From Heterodontus francisci (lineage: Eukaryota), in the NCBI RefSeq assembly GCF_036365525.1, contig NC_090404.1, positions 6,882,001-6,946,000 of the forward strand: a stretch of DNA of 64,000 bases, written 5' to 3'. The notes under the pieces are model-generated. The model worked only from the letters and a program-made list of their open reading frames with translations. It did not search any database and was not told the DNA's origin. The position numbers and the translations under genes were made by a program. Shown one piece after another: positions 26,538-37,464 of the stretch. Position 1 is the first letter of the stretch. Every line of letters begins with the position of its first letter.

Positions 26538-26749
26538 GTTAGTGTTGTGGAAACTGTGTAAAAACAGAAAAGCTATCGTGATCTTGTGTTGAGCTTTGGC
26601 TATATCACATTTAGAGGATTGTGCACTGTTCTGATCCCAGGAAACTCCAGGTAGTGTCTGCTTGACAACAACTAACCTATTAAAATAAAAGAACAGTTTG
26701 TATAAGTTATTAATGTCTTCTCGAAATGTCTAAAATGTTTTTCTTCAAG

Positions 26750-27067
26750 ATTGTAAAGGTGACATCGTCCATCCAACTATTATCCTCACCCAGAGTTCCA
26801 GTGAAGAAATCACAAGCAGCAGATTTGCAACTGTTGTGTGTTCAATCATCGATTTCCATCCAGAGTCAATAACCGTGAGTTGGTTGAAGGATGGACAACC
26901 CATGGATTGGAGCTTCGTCACCTCTACCGCCTGTGAAGTCAACGGGAACTTCTCGGCGACCAGTCGGCTGACTATCCCCGCTGGGGAATGGTTCACCAAC
27001 ACGGTCTATACCTGCCAGGTCTCCCATCAAGGGGTCACCCAAAGTCGAAACATCACCGGATCGCAGG
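26750..27067 (+). pseudogene. IGHM: IgM Cmu2 exon, copy 2 (frame and splice sites intact)
   Basis: 318 nt; caag|ATTGTAAAGGT...CAGG|gtaaga; encodes [10 protein letters not shown]...[19 protein letters not shown]...YTCQVSHQ. Confidence 0.92.
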
Positions 27068-27804
27068 GTAAGACACAAAATCCCAGGAAGCTCCAGATCA
27101 TTCTGTGCTCCAATGATAATCAAATTCAGCAATTTACTGGAATTAGTACAAAGCACTAAATAATTTCCCTATTCGCCAGTTATATGCCTCATTCCGCTGT
27201 GAGTGCTGAATTAGAATTGCTCACGGTTCAACATGTCATCACATCACCAAAGAATGGCTCCCTTTGCTTTGATGTCATACAGGGAGCGAAGTGGCCTTGC
27301 TTTCAGTTTTGTCGTGATTTGGCCGATCATATTCAGAGTGGCAAAAGGTGTCTGGAACTCTTTACTAGTCACAACCTTGGGATCAAGTGCCAGAAAGAGC
27401 ATCTTCCCTAATTAGAAAACTGTGTTCAATTCTGGACTCATGAACTCAGGAAGAATATATTGGCATTGGGAGTGATGCAACACAAATTGAGTAGAATGAT
27501 AGCGGGGCTGAACGGGTTAAATAAGAAGACAGGTTTCATTGACCAAACTGGTATTATTTTGTGTTTAGAAGATTAAAGGGTGACCTACTTGAGGTGTTTA
27601 AGATGTTTACTGGAATTGATGGAATCGACGGAGAAAAATATTTCCTCTGGTGGGCGACTCCAGAACAAGGGGCATAACCTTCAAATTAGACCAATGTCAT
27701 TCAGGGATGATATCAGGAAAGCTATTCACACAGCGCTTGAAGTTTGTCATCAATTCAAAATTTTCACGTAGAGATTGACAGCTTGAATTGATTGGCAAGG
27801 GTAT

Positions 27805-28113
27805 TTTGATTTAGAGGTGCTGCACTGAACCAGGCCCTTTGTCCCACCAAGTCTGTGCCAACCAACAACCACCCTATTTATACTAACACTACAGTAATCC
27901 CAAATTCCCTACCACCTGCCTACACTGGGGGCATTTTCCAATAGCTAATTATCTATCACCTGCAAGGGTTTGGCTGTGGGAATAAACTGGAGCACAAGGC
28001 GAAAACCCACACGGTCACAGGGAAAACTTGCAAACTCGGTTCAGGCAGTGCCCAGAATCGAACCCAAGTCGCTGGAGTTGTGAAGCGGCGGTGCTAACCA
28101 TTGCGCCACTGCA
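27805..28113 (-). mobile_element. HE1-like V-SINE in the Cmu2-Cmu3 intron of copy 2
   Basis: tRNA-like head GTGGCGCAATGGTTAGCACC, V-SINE core GAGTTTGCAAGTTTTCCCTGTGACCGTGTGGGTTTT, CR1-like tail; absent at the paralogous site near 58900. Confidence 0.8.
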
Positions 28114-28962
28114 CCGACCATCAAGGCTTCCTGTGTGTAGACGGTATTAAGATACAGATCAGCCAGTGTTGGATGGCTGGACAGGCTCGAGGGGCAAAAC
28201 GGCCTATTCTTTTTCCGATGTTTCTCTTCCTGCCCTCTGGTCACATGGACTTCTGACTCCAGTTTGACATATGAGGAGTTCTCACTCATGACATATTTCA
28301 GAAAACTGCCTTTCACCGTTATTGCAAATTATTCCCCACCTCAAAAAGATTCCATAGAATTGCACTTTCCCGACTTTTCGCCCCTGCTCCGATTGGTTGC
28401 TGCATATTTTCATCCTCCCAAATATCGTGACAAGGCGCAGGAAAATTAACGTTCTTCCCTGTTAAGCGCAATATCCGGAATTCCATTTGACTCTCGTTTT
28501 GAGCCAGTGTGAATTGTATGCACAGCTCGTGTCCTTGGGTGACAGGCCCGTTATACTCAGCGGAGATGTCACCTGGTGCAAGGATCGATAGACGGCCAGA
28601 AATACGAACATGCGAACTGAGGAATTAGCAAAAGTAAGCTATTCGGCACTTCTCACCTGCTCCACCAGGATTTCGGGAAGAACTTTATTCAGTGCGAAAC
28701 GCAATTTCTCACTCAATTATTTGATTTTTAAGCTGGGTACTTGTTTCAAAGCCCATTGCAGGCTTCTTAGGGTGCAATTACACAGTATATGTTAAAGAAT
28801 CTCCCGGAAGCTTTTTCCAGTTGTTGTCCTTCCAATAAATGGTATTATTTGAGCAACAGCTTGAGGCTGAAATCTCGAAGTTGATTTATTTTCCGAGAGG
28901 CTGAACACTGGTGTCTGATTCTGAAGATGAATGTTGGTTTGATTTTCATTTCTGTTTTACAG

Positions 28963-29271
28963 TTCCTTGTTCCTGCAATGATCCAGTAATTAAACTACTG
29001 CCACCATCAATAGAATAGGTCTTACTGGAGGCGACGGTGACCTTAACCTGAGTCGTGTCGAATGCTCCTTATGGCGTCAACGTGCCCTGGACACAAGAAC
29101 AGAAGCCTTTGAAATCAGAGATTGCTGCCCTACCCGGAGAGGATCCCGACAGCGTGATCAGCACCATAAACATCTCGACACAAGCCTGGCTGAGTGGTGC
29201 TGAGTTCAACTGCGTGGTGAGCCATCAGGATCTGTTGACTCCTCTCAGAGATTTTATCTGCAAGGAAGAAG
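28963..29271 (+). pseudogene. IGHM: IgM Cmu3 exon, copy 2, with two nonsense codons
   Basis: 309 nt, aligns with 57394-57702; TAG at 29016-29018 and TGA (replacing the conserved Cys) at 29049-29051. Confidence 0.92.
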
Positions 29272-29751
29272 GTGAGCGGTGAGATTGAAGCAATAAGTGA
29301 GAGGTGCCCCGATTTCTTGTGATTGTGAAAGGGAAAATTCTTCTTAACAAGTGCTCTAATGAACAACCCCAATAATTTAATTGTAATTCCACTAACGGAA
29401 TCCACTGGAAGCAGAGGTGATGCATATCAGGGGAAGTTAAATCGCAGATGAGGGAGAAATGATAGAAGGAGGAGAAGGAAGGAGGATTGTGTGCAGCATA
29501 AGGAATCGTACAGACTAGTTGGGCAGAATGGCCTGTTCCTGTTCTGTAAATTCTATACAATTTCCCAGTCTAATACCTTAAGTTCTCAGCGAGAAGGATT
29601 GCTCCGGAGTCTAAAACAGGACAGGTCCCAGAGGGGAAAAGGAAAGCCTTTAAAATCTCGCACAAAGCACTATTCCTCTCACATCTAACCACCAGTTTTA
29701 TTCTCTCTGGAATTCTCCAGTTTATTGATATCTATTTTAATTTTTCTGTGG

Positions 29752-30136
29752 ATAAAGATCTGCGGGAACCGTCCGTGTCTGTCCTCCTGCCCCCGGAAGA
29801 CGATGTCTCCGCTCAGAGGTTCCTCTCCCTCACCTGCTTAGTGAGAGGTTTCTCCCCCCGAGAGATCTTCGTCAAGTGGACCGTCAATGACAAGTCGGTG
29901 AATCCCGGCCACTACAAAAATACCGAGGTGATGGCGGAGAACGACAATAGCTCCTTCTTCATCCATTATCCATTGCAGCGGAGGAGTGGGTCAGCGGCGC
30001 TTCTTACTCCTGTGTGGTGGGACATGAAGCGATCTCCTTGCAGATCATCAACAGAACTGTTAATAAATCCAGCGGTAAACCGAGTTTTGTGAACATTTCC
30101 TTTGCACTGTTGGACACTGTTAATTCATGTCAATGA
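29752..30136 (+). pseudogene. IGHM: IgM Cmu4 and secretory tail, copy 2, inactivated
   Basis: Acceptor is tctgtgg instead of tctgcag; net 7-nt deletion near 29963 (385 vs 392 nt) causes a frameshift; both downstream AATAAA deleted. Confidence 0.92.
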
Positions 30137-30754
30137 GAATCTCTCGATTGCATTTCAATCTTAAATACCTGTTCTTCCAATCGCGATTTAAATACACAAC
30201 CGCTTAATTATTTTTGCTTGCCACATTTGCTAGATGTAGGTCAATTCAACTAAAATAGGATATTTGCAGATCTCGGGCTCTAGTATTTTAGAACCAGTGC
30301 TCCCAGATACACCACAGGTTGGCTACAGAGCAAAGCTCATTCATTAGAGGATTCCGTTGAGTAACTTCGGCAACGTTTCCCCTGCTGGGGGAGGTCTGAA
30401 ATTTTCCCTTCTCTAACAAACAAATGCAGACATTTAGATCACAGTATCTCTGTTTCCCGTGTTGTCAGCCCCTTGAGAATTGGTGTCAGTTTTAAATTGC
30501 AGCAGAAGAAGCACTGGGAACTGAAGGGAGGGGCACAAACCAACAGCAAGTATACCAAAATCTCCCATCAGAAAGAGGAAAAAAGGCGATTTATTGACTC
30601 ACTGTATCCCTACTTTCTAAACATAAAGAAAGGAAAAGAACAATTGCTTCTCCACTGCAGCTCCACTTCTCCAATAGAGAGAAGGGAAAGGCAGTTGTCG
30701 CCCCTCTCCCCAATTTTTACAACAGAGAAAGGAGCAAAGCCATTTGTTAACCCA

Positions 30755-31665
30755 AAGTTTGCCGATGACATGAAGGTTGCTGGATTTGTGGATAGTGTGG
30801 AAGTCTGTTGTAGGTTGCAACTGGACATTGACAGGATGCAGAGCTGGGCTGAGAAGTGGCACATGGAGTTCAACCTGGAAAAGTGTGAAGTGATTCATTT
30901 TGGAAGGTCGAATTTGAATGTGGAATAGAGGCTTAAAGACAGGATTCTTGGTTGCGTGGAGGAACAGAGGGATCTTGGGGTCCATGTCCATAGATCGCTC
31001 AAAGTTGCCACCCAAGTTGATAGGGTTGTTAAGAAGGCGTCTGGCGTGTTGGCTTTCATTAACAGGGGGATTGAGTTTAAGAGCCGCGATGCTATGCTGC
31101 AGCTCTATAAGTCCCTGGTTCGACCACACTTGGAATATTGTGTTCAGTTCTGGTCGCCTCATTATAGGAAGAATGTGGAAGCTTTAGAGAGGGAGCCGAG
31201 GATATTTACCAGGATGCTGCCTGGACTGGAGGGCACGTTCTACGAAGGAAGATTGAGGGAGCTAGGGCTTTTCTCATTGGAGTGAAGAAGGATGAGAGGT
31301 GACTTGATAGAGGGGTCCACGATGATGAGAAACATAGATATAGTGGATAGTCAGAGACTTTTTCCCAGGGTGGAAAGAGCTATCACCAGGGGGCATAATT
31401 TTAAGGTGATTGGAGGAAGATTTCGGGGCGATGTCAGAGGTAGGTTCTTAACACAGAGAGTGGTGGGTGCGAGAAATGCGCTGCCAGCGGTGGTAGTAGA
31501 AGCAGATACATTCGGGGCATTTAAGCGACTCTTGGATTGGTACATGGATGATAGTAGAATGAAGGTAGGTAGTTAGTTTGATCTTAGAGTAGGTTAAAGA
31601 TTCAGCACAACATCGTGGGCCGAAGGGTCTGTACTGTGCTGTACTGTTCTATGTTCTTTGTTCTG
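30755..31665 (+). mobile_element. CR1 3' fragment (same family as 14716-16952)
   Basis: KFADD...LEYCVQFWSPH; tail GTACTGTGCTGTACTGTTCTATGTTCT. Confidence 0.9.
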
Positions 31666-32028
31666 TACACAAAACACGCTCTCTGCCTGTTAAGTTAGAC
31701 GCACACACATGCTCCACTTTTCTGGTATGCACATGCTGAATCTCTGCTTCCTACCTTTCTACTGTACCCGTGACCCCTGCTCCTCTGTCACCTGTTTTCC
31801 TGATGACCTTTAACTCTGCTCCGCTACATTCCCTCTGATACCATCTCCCTGAACACGCTGAACAGCACCCTAGGGATCCGCCATTAAGAAGCTGAATTGT
31901 TCTCTACCTCCTTCACAGACTCACCGGATGTTTTTGACGCCTCCCAGCCAAGGGAACATCTTCAGAGATTTCTGATCTGGTCCGAGGATCTTCCAAAATT
32001 TTCCTTCTAATGCGGAGCCGCATTTCCT

Positions 32029-32960
32029 CCATCTTCAGCTGCTTCATCAATGACCTTCCGACAATCATAAGCTGAGAAGTGGGGATGTTTGCTGCTGATG
32101 GCACAATGATCAGCACCTTTCGCAACTCCTCAGATACTGAGACTGTCCGTGTAGAAATACAACAAGACTTGAACAATATTCAGGCCTGGGCTGATAAGTG
32201 GCAAGTAACACTCATGCCACACAAGTGCCAGTCAATGAAGATCTCCAACAAGAGCGATTCTAACCATCTCATCCTGACATCCAAGGGAATTATGGTCGCT
32301 GAATCCTCCATTATCAACATTTTGGGCTTACTATTGACATGAAGCTGAACAGGAGTAGCCATAGAAATACCAAGGTTAGGAATTCTGCGGCGAGTAACTC
32401 ACCTCCTGACTCACCAAAGCCTGTCCACAATCTGCAAGGAAAAAATCAGGAGTGTGATGGAATATTCCCCAGTTGCCTGGATGGGTGCAGCTCCAATAAC
32501 CTTTAAGAAACTCGACGCCTTCCAGGACAAAGCAACCCGCTTAGATTGTCACCCCATCCACTAACATTCACTCCCTCCACCACCGACGCATAGTGGCAGC
32601 AGTGTGTACCATCTACAAGATGCACTGCAGCAACTCACCAAGGCTTCTTGGACAGCACGTTCCAAACCCGCGACCTCTACCAACTCGAAGGACAAGAGCA
32701 GCAGATGCATGGAAACACCACCAACTGCAAGTTCCCCTCCAAGCCACATGCCATCCTGTCTTGGAACTATATCGCCGTTTCTTCACTGTAACTGGATGAA
32801 AATCCTGGAACTCGCTTCCTAACAGCACTTTGGATGTACCGACACCAGAAGGACTGCAGCGGTTCAATAAGGCAGCTCATCACCAGCTTCTCGAGGGCAA
32901 TTAGGGATGGGCAATAAACACACACCTGACCAGCGATGCCCACATCCCATGAAGGAATTA
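32029..32960 (+). mobile_element. CR1/L2-group LINE (family B) 3' fragment
   Basis: FSCFINDLP...GMFAAD; 3' end GGGCAATTAGGGATGGGCAATAAA; absent from the paralogous region near 51700. Confidence 0.88.
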
Positions 32961-33239
32961 CAAAACAACTGATATTCAGGTGTCAGGTCTCCTGTGGGTG
33001 AATATGATATCAGGTTAAGGGAGGGAAGATTTAACGGCCCTTTGAAGGGCTCGGAATGATATTTGGGAATGGGTGGTGTTGATGCCTGAACTCTTTCTCT
33101 GTCCCAATCTCTCTGCTCCCTCATCCCCCACCACTATCATTTGGGGCCGTCCTGTCCTCTAAGCTACATTTATCTTGAATTGCCCTCATTGTCTCACTCT
33201 CTGTCCCTCTGACCTTTCCCCAGACTGGGTCAGTCTCAT

Positions 33240-33600
33240 TGGTGCACGGCCCCTTTAAGATGCTGGATAAACCTGCCATGAGTCAGAGATTACAGGGGCT
33301 GCGCGGAGGCTGGAGATGGCCGTGGCTCACTGACGCTCAATGAATTGGGAAAATAACCAATCATAGTGCGGTGACGTGATGTAACAATTGTTCCGCCATC
33401 CACAGCTGGTCCAACTGGCCTCCACCGTGGTTCTGAGACGGAAGCTCCACCATTTTTCCATGACGGACGCTCCGACACCTCTGTGTGGCGTACGGTCGGC
33501 CATGTTTCAGTGACGTCACAGGGTGTTTGGCGTTTATTAAAAAGAACAATTCGATTGAAAGGAAAACTGAATTCAGTTTCTATCAAAATTGTTGTTCCAT
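33240..33600. promoter_or_regulatory. CpG-containing promoter/enhancer-like element downstream of Cmu copy 2
   Basis: Full CRE TGACGTCA at about 33510, further TGACG half sites, CCAAT and AP-1 TGAGTCA; inverted paralog at about 51100-51450. Confidence 0.4.
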
Positions 33601-33844
33601 ATGCACCTATAAAAGTGAAGGTTTCGTCCGGTATCTCAATACATAAAGATGTGGATAAACAGTTGTCGTTGGGCACATGTGCTGTCCGGTCTCCCAGAGT
33701 ACAGCGCGACCCATCCTTTCGCAACTGCTGTGAATTGTGGGAGCGACAGCCCTCCATGGCCCAGTCATTAACTGAGTAAATCCAAACTCAACCACCCTTC
33801 CATCCGGGTATTGCCAGGGTTGTTATCCTGGACAGACTTAAAAG

Positions 33845-35830
33845 TGAGGTGGCAACCTGGTGAAGCAACAACAAAGGACTACATTCATGGTAAACAGTGA
33901 CAGTAGCATGCTAGAGTCAGAGGTAAGTGATACCACAACCAATGGATCAGATCAAAGCTCTGCGGACCTGCGACATGAACATGAAGCAAATAACCAAAGG
34001 AGGAGGCTCCAAAAAGATCCTCATCCTCAATGATGGGGAAGACCAGCATGTCACTGCAAAAGACAAGACAATTTACAACCATCTTCAGCCAGAAATGCTG
34101 AGTGGATGATTGCTCTCAGTCTCCTCCTGAGGTCCCCAGCATCGAGGATGCCAGTCTTCAGCTAATTCAAAGAACAAAGAACAGTACAGCACAGCCACAG
34201 GCCATTCGGCATTCCAAGCCTGCGCCGTATTGATGCCTGTCTAAACTAAAACCTTCGAAATTCAATTCACTCCACGTGATATCAACAAAACGGCTGATGG
34301 CACTGACATCCCAGCTGCAGTATCGAAGACCTGTGCTCCAGAACTGGCTTTACCGCGAGCCAAGTTGTTCCAGTACATTTACAGCACCTGCATCTACCCG
34401 GCAATGTGGAAAATTGTCCAGGTATGTCTTGTCCGCTAAAAGTAAGACAATTCAGCCCGGCTAATTACCACCCCATCAGTCCATTTTCAAACATTAGCAA
34501 AGTAATGGAAGGTTTCATTGGCAGTGATATCGACTGGCAGTTTCTCAGCAAAAACCAGCTCACCGATTCTCAGTTTAGGTTCAGCAAGGGCCACTTGACT
34601 CCAAACTTCATTACAGCCTGGGTATATACATGGACCAAGGAGCTGACTTCCAGGGCTGAGATGGGAGTGACTGCCTTTGACATCAAGGCAGCATTTGACT
34701 GAGTGTGGTAACAAAGACTCTCGCAAAATTGAAGTCAATGGGAATCAGGGAGAAAATACTGCACTGGCTGTAGTCAAACCTAGCACAAATGATTGTGGTT
34801 GTTCGAGGTCACTCACCACAGCCCCAGGAAATCAATGCAGGAGTTCCTCAGTGTAGTGTCCTCGGCCCAACCACCTTCAGCTGTTTCATCAATGATTTTC
34901 TCTCCATCATAAGGTCAGAGACTGGGATCTTCGTTGATGATTGTAGTGTTCAGTATCATTCATGTCTCCTCCAGATATGAAGCATTCTGCCCCTGCATGC
35001 ATCAAGATCTGGACAGCATTCAGTCTTACGTTGTTAAGTGACAAATAACGTTCGCGCCACCCAGGTGCCAGGCAAGGACCATCCCCAACAAGAGAGAATC
35101 TGACCATCTCCCATTCACGTTCAATTAAATGACCATCACTGTATTCCCCACCATCAACGTTCTGTGAATTAATATTAACAGGAAACTTAACTGGACAAGA
35201 CATATAAATACTGTGGCTACACGAGCAGGTCAGAGGCTAGGAATCCTGGGTCGAGGAACTCACCTCTTGACTTCCCAAAGCCTGTCCACCATTTAGAAGG
35301 TACATGTCAGGAGTGTGATGGAATACTCTCAACATTCCTGAATGACTGGGGCTCTAACAACACTCAAGAAGCTCGACACAATCCAGGACAAAGCAACCCG
35401 CTTCATCAGCACACCATACACAACATTAAACATTCATTCCCTCCACCACTGGCGCAGAGTGGCAGTAGTGTGTACCATCTACAAGATGCCCTGCAGCAAC
35501 TCATCTCGGCTCCTTCGCCGGGACTTTTCAAATCCGTGACCTCACCCTACCTAGAACTGCAAGGGCAGGAAACGCATGGGAACACCATCACCTGCAAATT
35601 CACTTTCAAGCCACACATCATCCTGACGTGGATCTACATTGCCGTTCCTTCACTCTTGCTGGGTCAAAAACCTGGAACTCCGTCCCTAACAACACCGTGG
35701 GTGTTACTATACACAATGGACTGCAGCGGTTAAGAAAGCTGCTCACCACCACCTTCTCAAGGACATTTAGGGATGGAAGACCAATGCTGACCTAGTCAGA
35801 GACTCTCATTTCCCATGAAATAATAAAAAA
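33845..35830 (+). mobile_element. CR1/L2-group LINE (family B), degenerate, with a short antisense CR1 tail inserted at 34171-34258
   Basis: FDIKAAFD, GVPQCSVLGP, IFVDD; nested tail flanked by AATTCAA at 34164-34170 and 34259-34265. Confidence 0.88.
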
Positions 35831-37134
35831 ACAGACTGCAGTGTCCTGCGGAGCGGAGAGAACCTCTGAGCAGATTGCAGACTGAATCCAGAACATCACA
35901 AAGGTGGTGTCTGCTCATCAACCAAACACGGATTGAAGCAAAGAAATGGAAATAGGAAACTCTGCTGATCCCCGTGGAAGCAGGATGACCATAAATGTAA
36001 CCCCGAGAGTGATATATCACACAGAAGAAGTAGTTTTACTTTATATAATAGAAAGGGAGAGACTTTAATTTATGTCGCACCTTTCACGGCATCAGGACGT
36101 CCAAAAGCGTCTTATAGTTAAGGAAAAACGTTTCAGGTGTAGTTACTGTTCCAATGCAGGTAATATTATTGACATAGAGTGAGGTCAGAATACTTTTACA
36201 GAACATTTTGTCAATCTGACCCTGGTGGATGTGAAGGGATTTGGAAATGCCGATACTTTCCCAATAATTCCAATTGATCATCAATAATAAAAACAATATC
36301 GGATCACAAAAAAAATCGATGCAATTGTCTGCCGGTCTGTCTGTTTATAACACATTGAAATACCGTTCCGAACGGAACAATTGTTATCCTTCTTCAGACT
36401 ATACAGTGACAATGGGTGAATGAAAAACATTGATTGCAGCACTTCACTGTTTCAGTCAACCGTGCCGTGACACCTGTGATTTAACCTTGCTGTCAATACA
36501 CCGCCCTGTGCAGTATTCCCATACAAAAGTAATGCCTGTAATCTCCAGCTGTCACCTGTGAAACCACGAAACTGACGGCTTTACGTTTGGCCAAAAATGA
36601 GGTGCTGGAGCGCCATCGAGTGGCGTCAGGCGGTAAATGAAATACTGACTGTGAAAAATGTGGATTCTCAATTTACTCACCAAACTGCTGCATTATCACG
36701 TTGAACTATTATTATGCTAGAGTTCTATAGTTGTCACTGTTTTATTTTTATTATCACTGTAACTGCTGTCATTTTATTGGTTTGCAGTTACTACCGTTGC
36801 TATTTTATAATAATTCTGAGATTTCTTGTCTCGGTTTACGGGTGTGATCATGTCACGAACACATTACACGCGCATTCGCAAACATTAGCAGAACTTAGCA
36901 TTAATAATTCCTCGGTTCATATGATTGGATTTCTAATTTGCTAGGACTAGAAGTCTTTCAACCTCTCGAATCATCAAATACGAAGATCAAGCAACATTCA
37001 GAAACTCCATGAAGCGAAGGTTATTAATATTTTGCTGTTGAGGTTTAATCTGTATGTTGAACCCAACACGATATAAAAATGTAAATCAATTTCATTGCAT
37101 ATCAAACAATTCCAGTTGGCATCATTAGGAGTTA

Positions 37135-37464
37135 AGAGAGCAAAGCTCTCTGTGAACTATCCAATCAGACACTCCGAGAGTCGGTACAACATGGGTTAGA
37201 TTCAGAGTAAAGCTCCCTCAACACTGTCCTTTCAAACACTGCCAACGGAGGTATAGCACGGGTTAGGAAGAGAGTAAAGCTGCCTCTGCGCTGCCCCATC
37301 AAACACTCCCAAGATGAGTACAACACGGGTTAGGTACAGAGTAAAGCTCCCTCTGCGCTGCCCCATCAAACACTCCCAGGGCAGGAACAGCACAGGTTAA
37401 ATATGGAGTGAAGCTCCCTCTGCGCTGCCCCATCAAACACTCCCAGGGCAGGTACAGCATTGGG
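37135..37464. repeat. 67-bp minisatellite, about 5 units (CCCATCAAACACTCCCAGGGCAGGTACAGCACGGGTTAG...GTAAAGCTCCCTCT)
   Basis: The A(A/G)ACACT core recurs at 37167, 37234, 37301, 37368 and 37435 (67-nt period). Confidence 0.92.

Noticed and set aside
36400-36432. RSS-like TACAGTG, 12 nt, TGAAAAACA
   Set aside because: The essential first C of the heptamer is missing and no opposing RSS defines a D segment.
37135-37464. Regularly spaced repeats superficially like a CRISPR array (also 39996-40640 and 52160-52812)
   Set aside because: Whole units are repeated without unique spacers, there are no cas genes, and the DNA is vertebrate.
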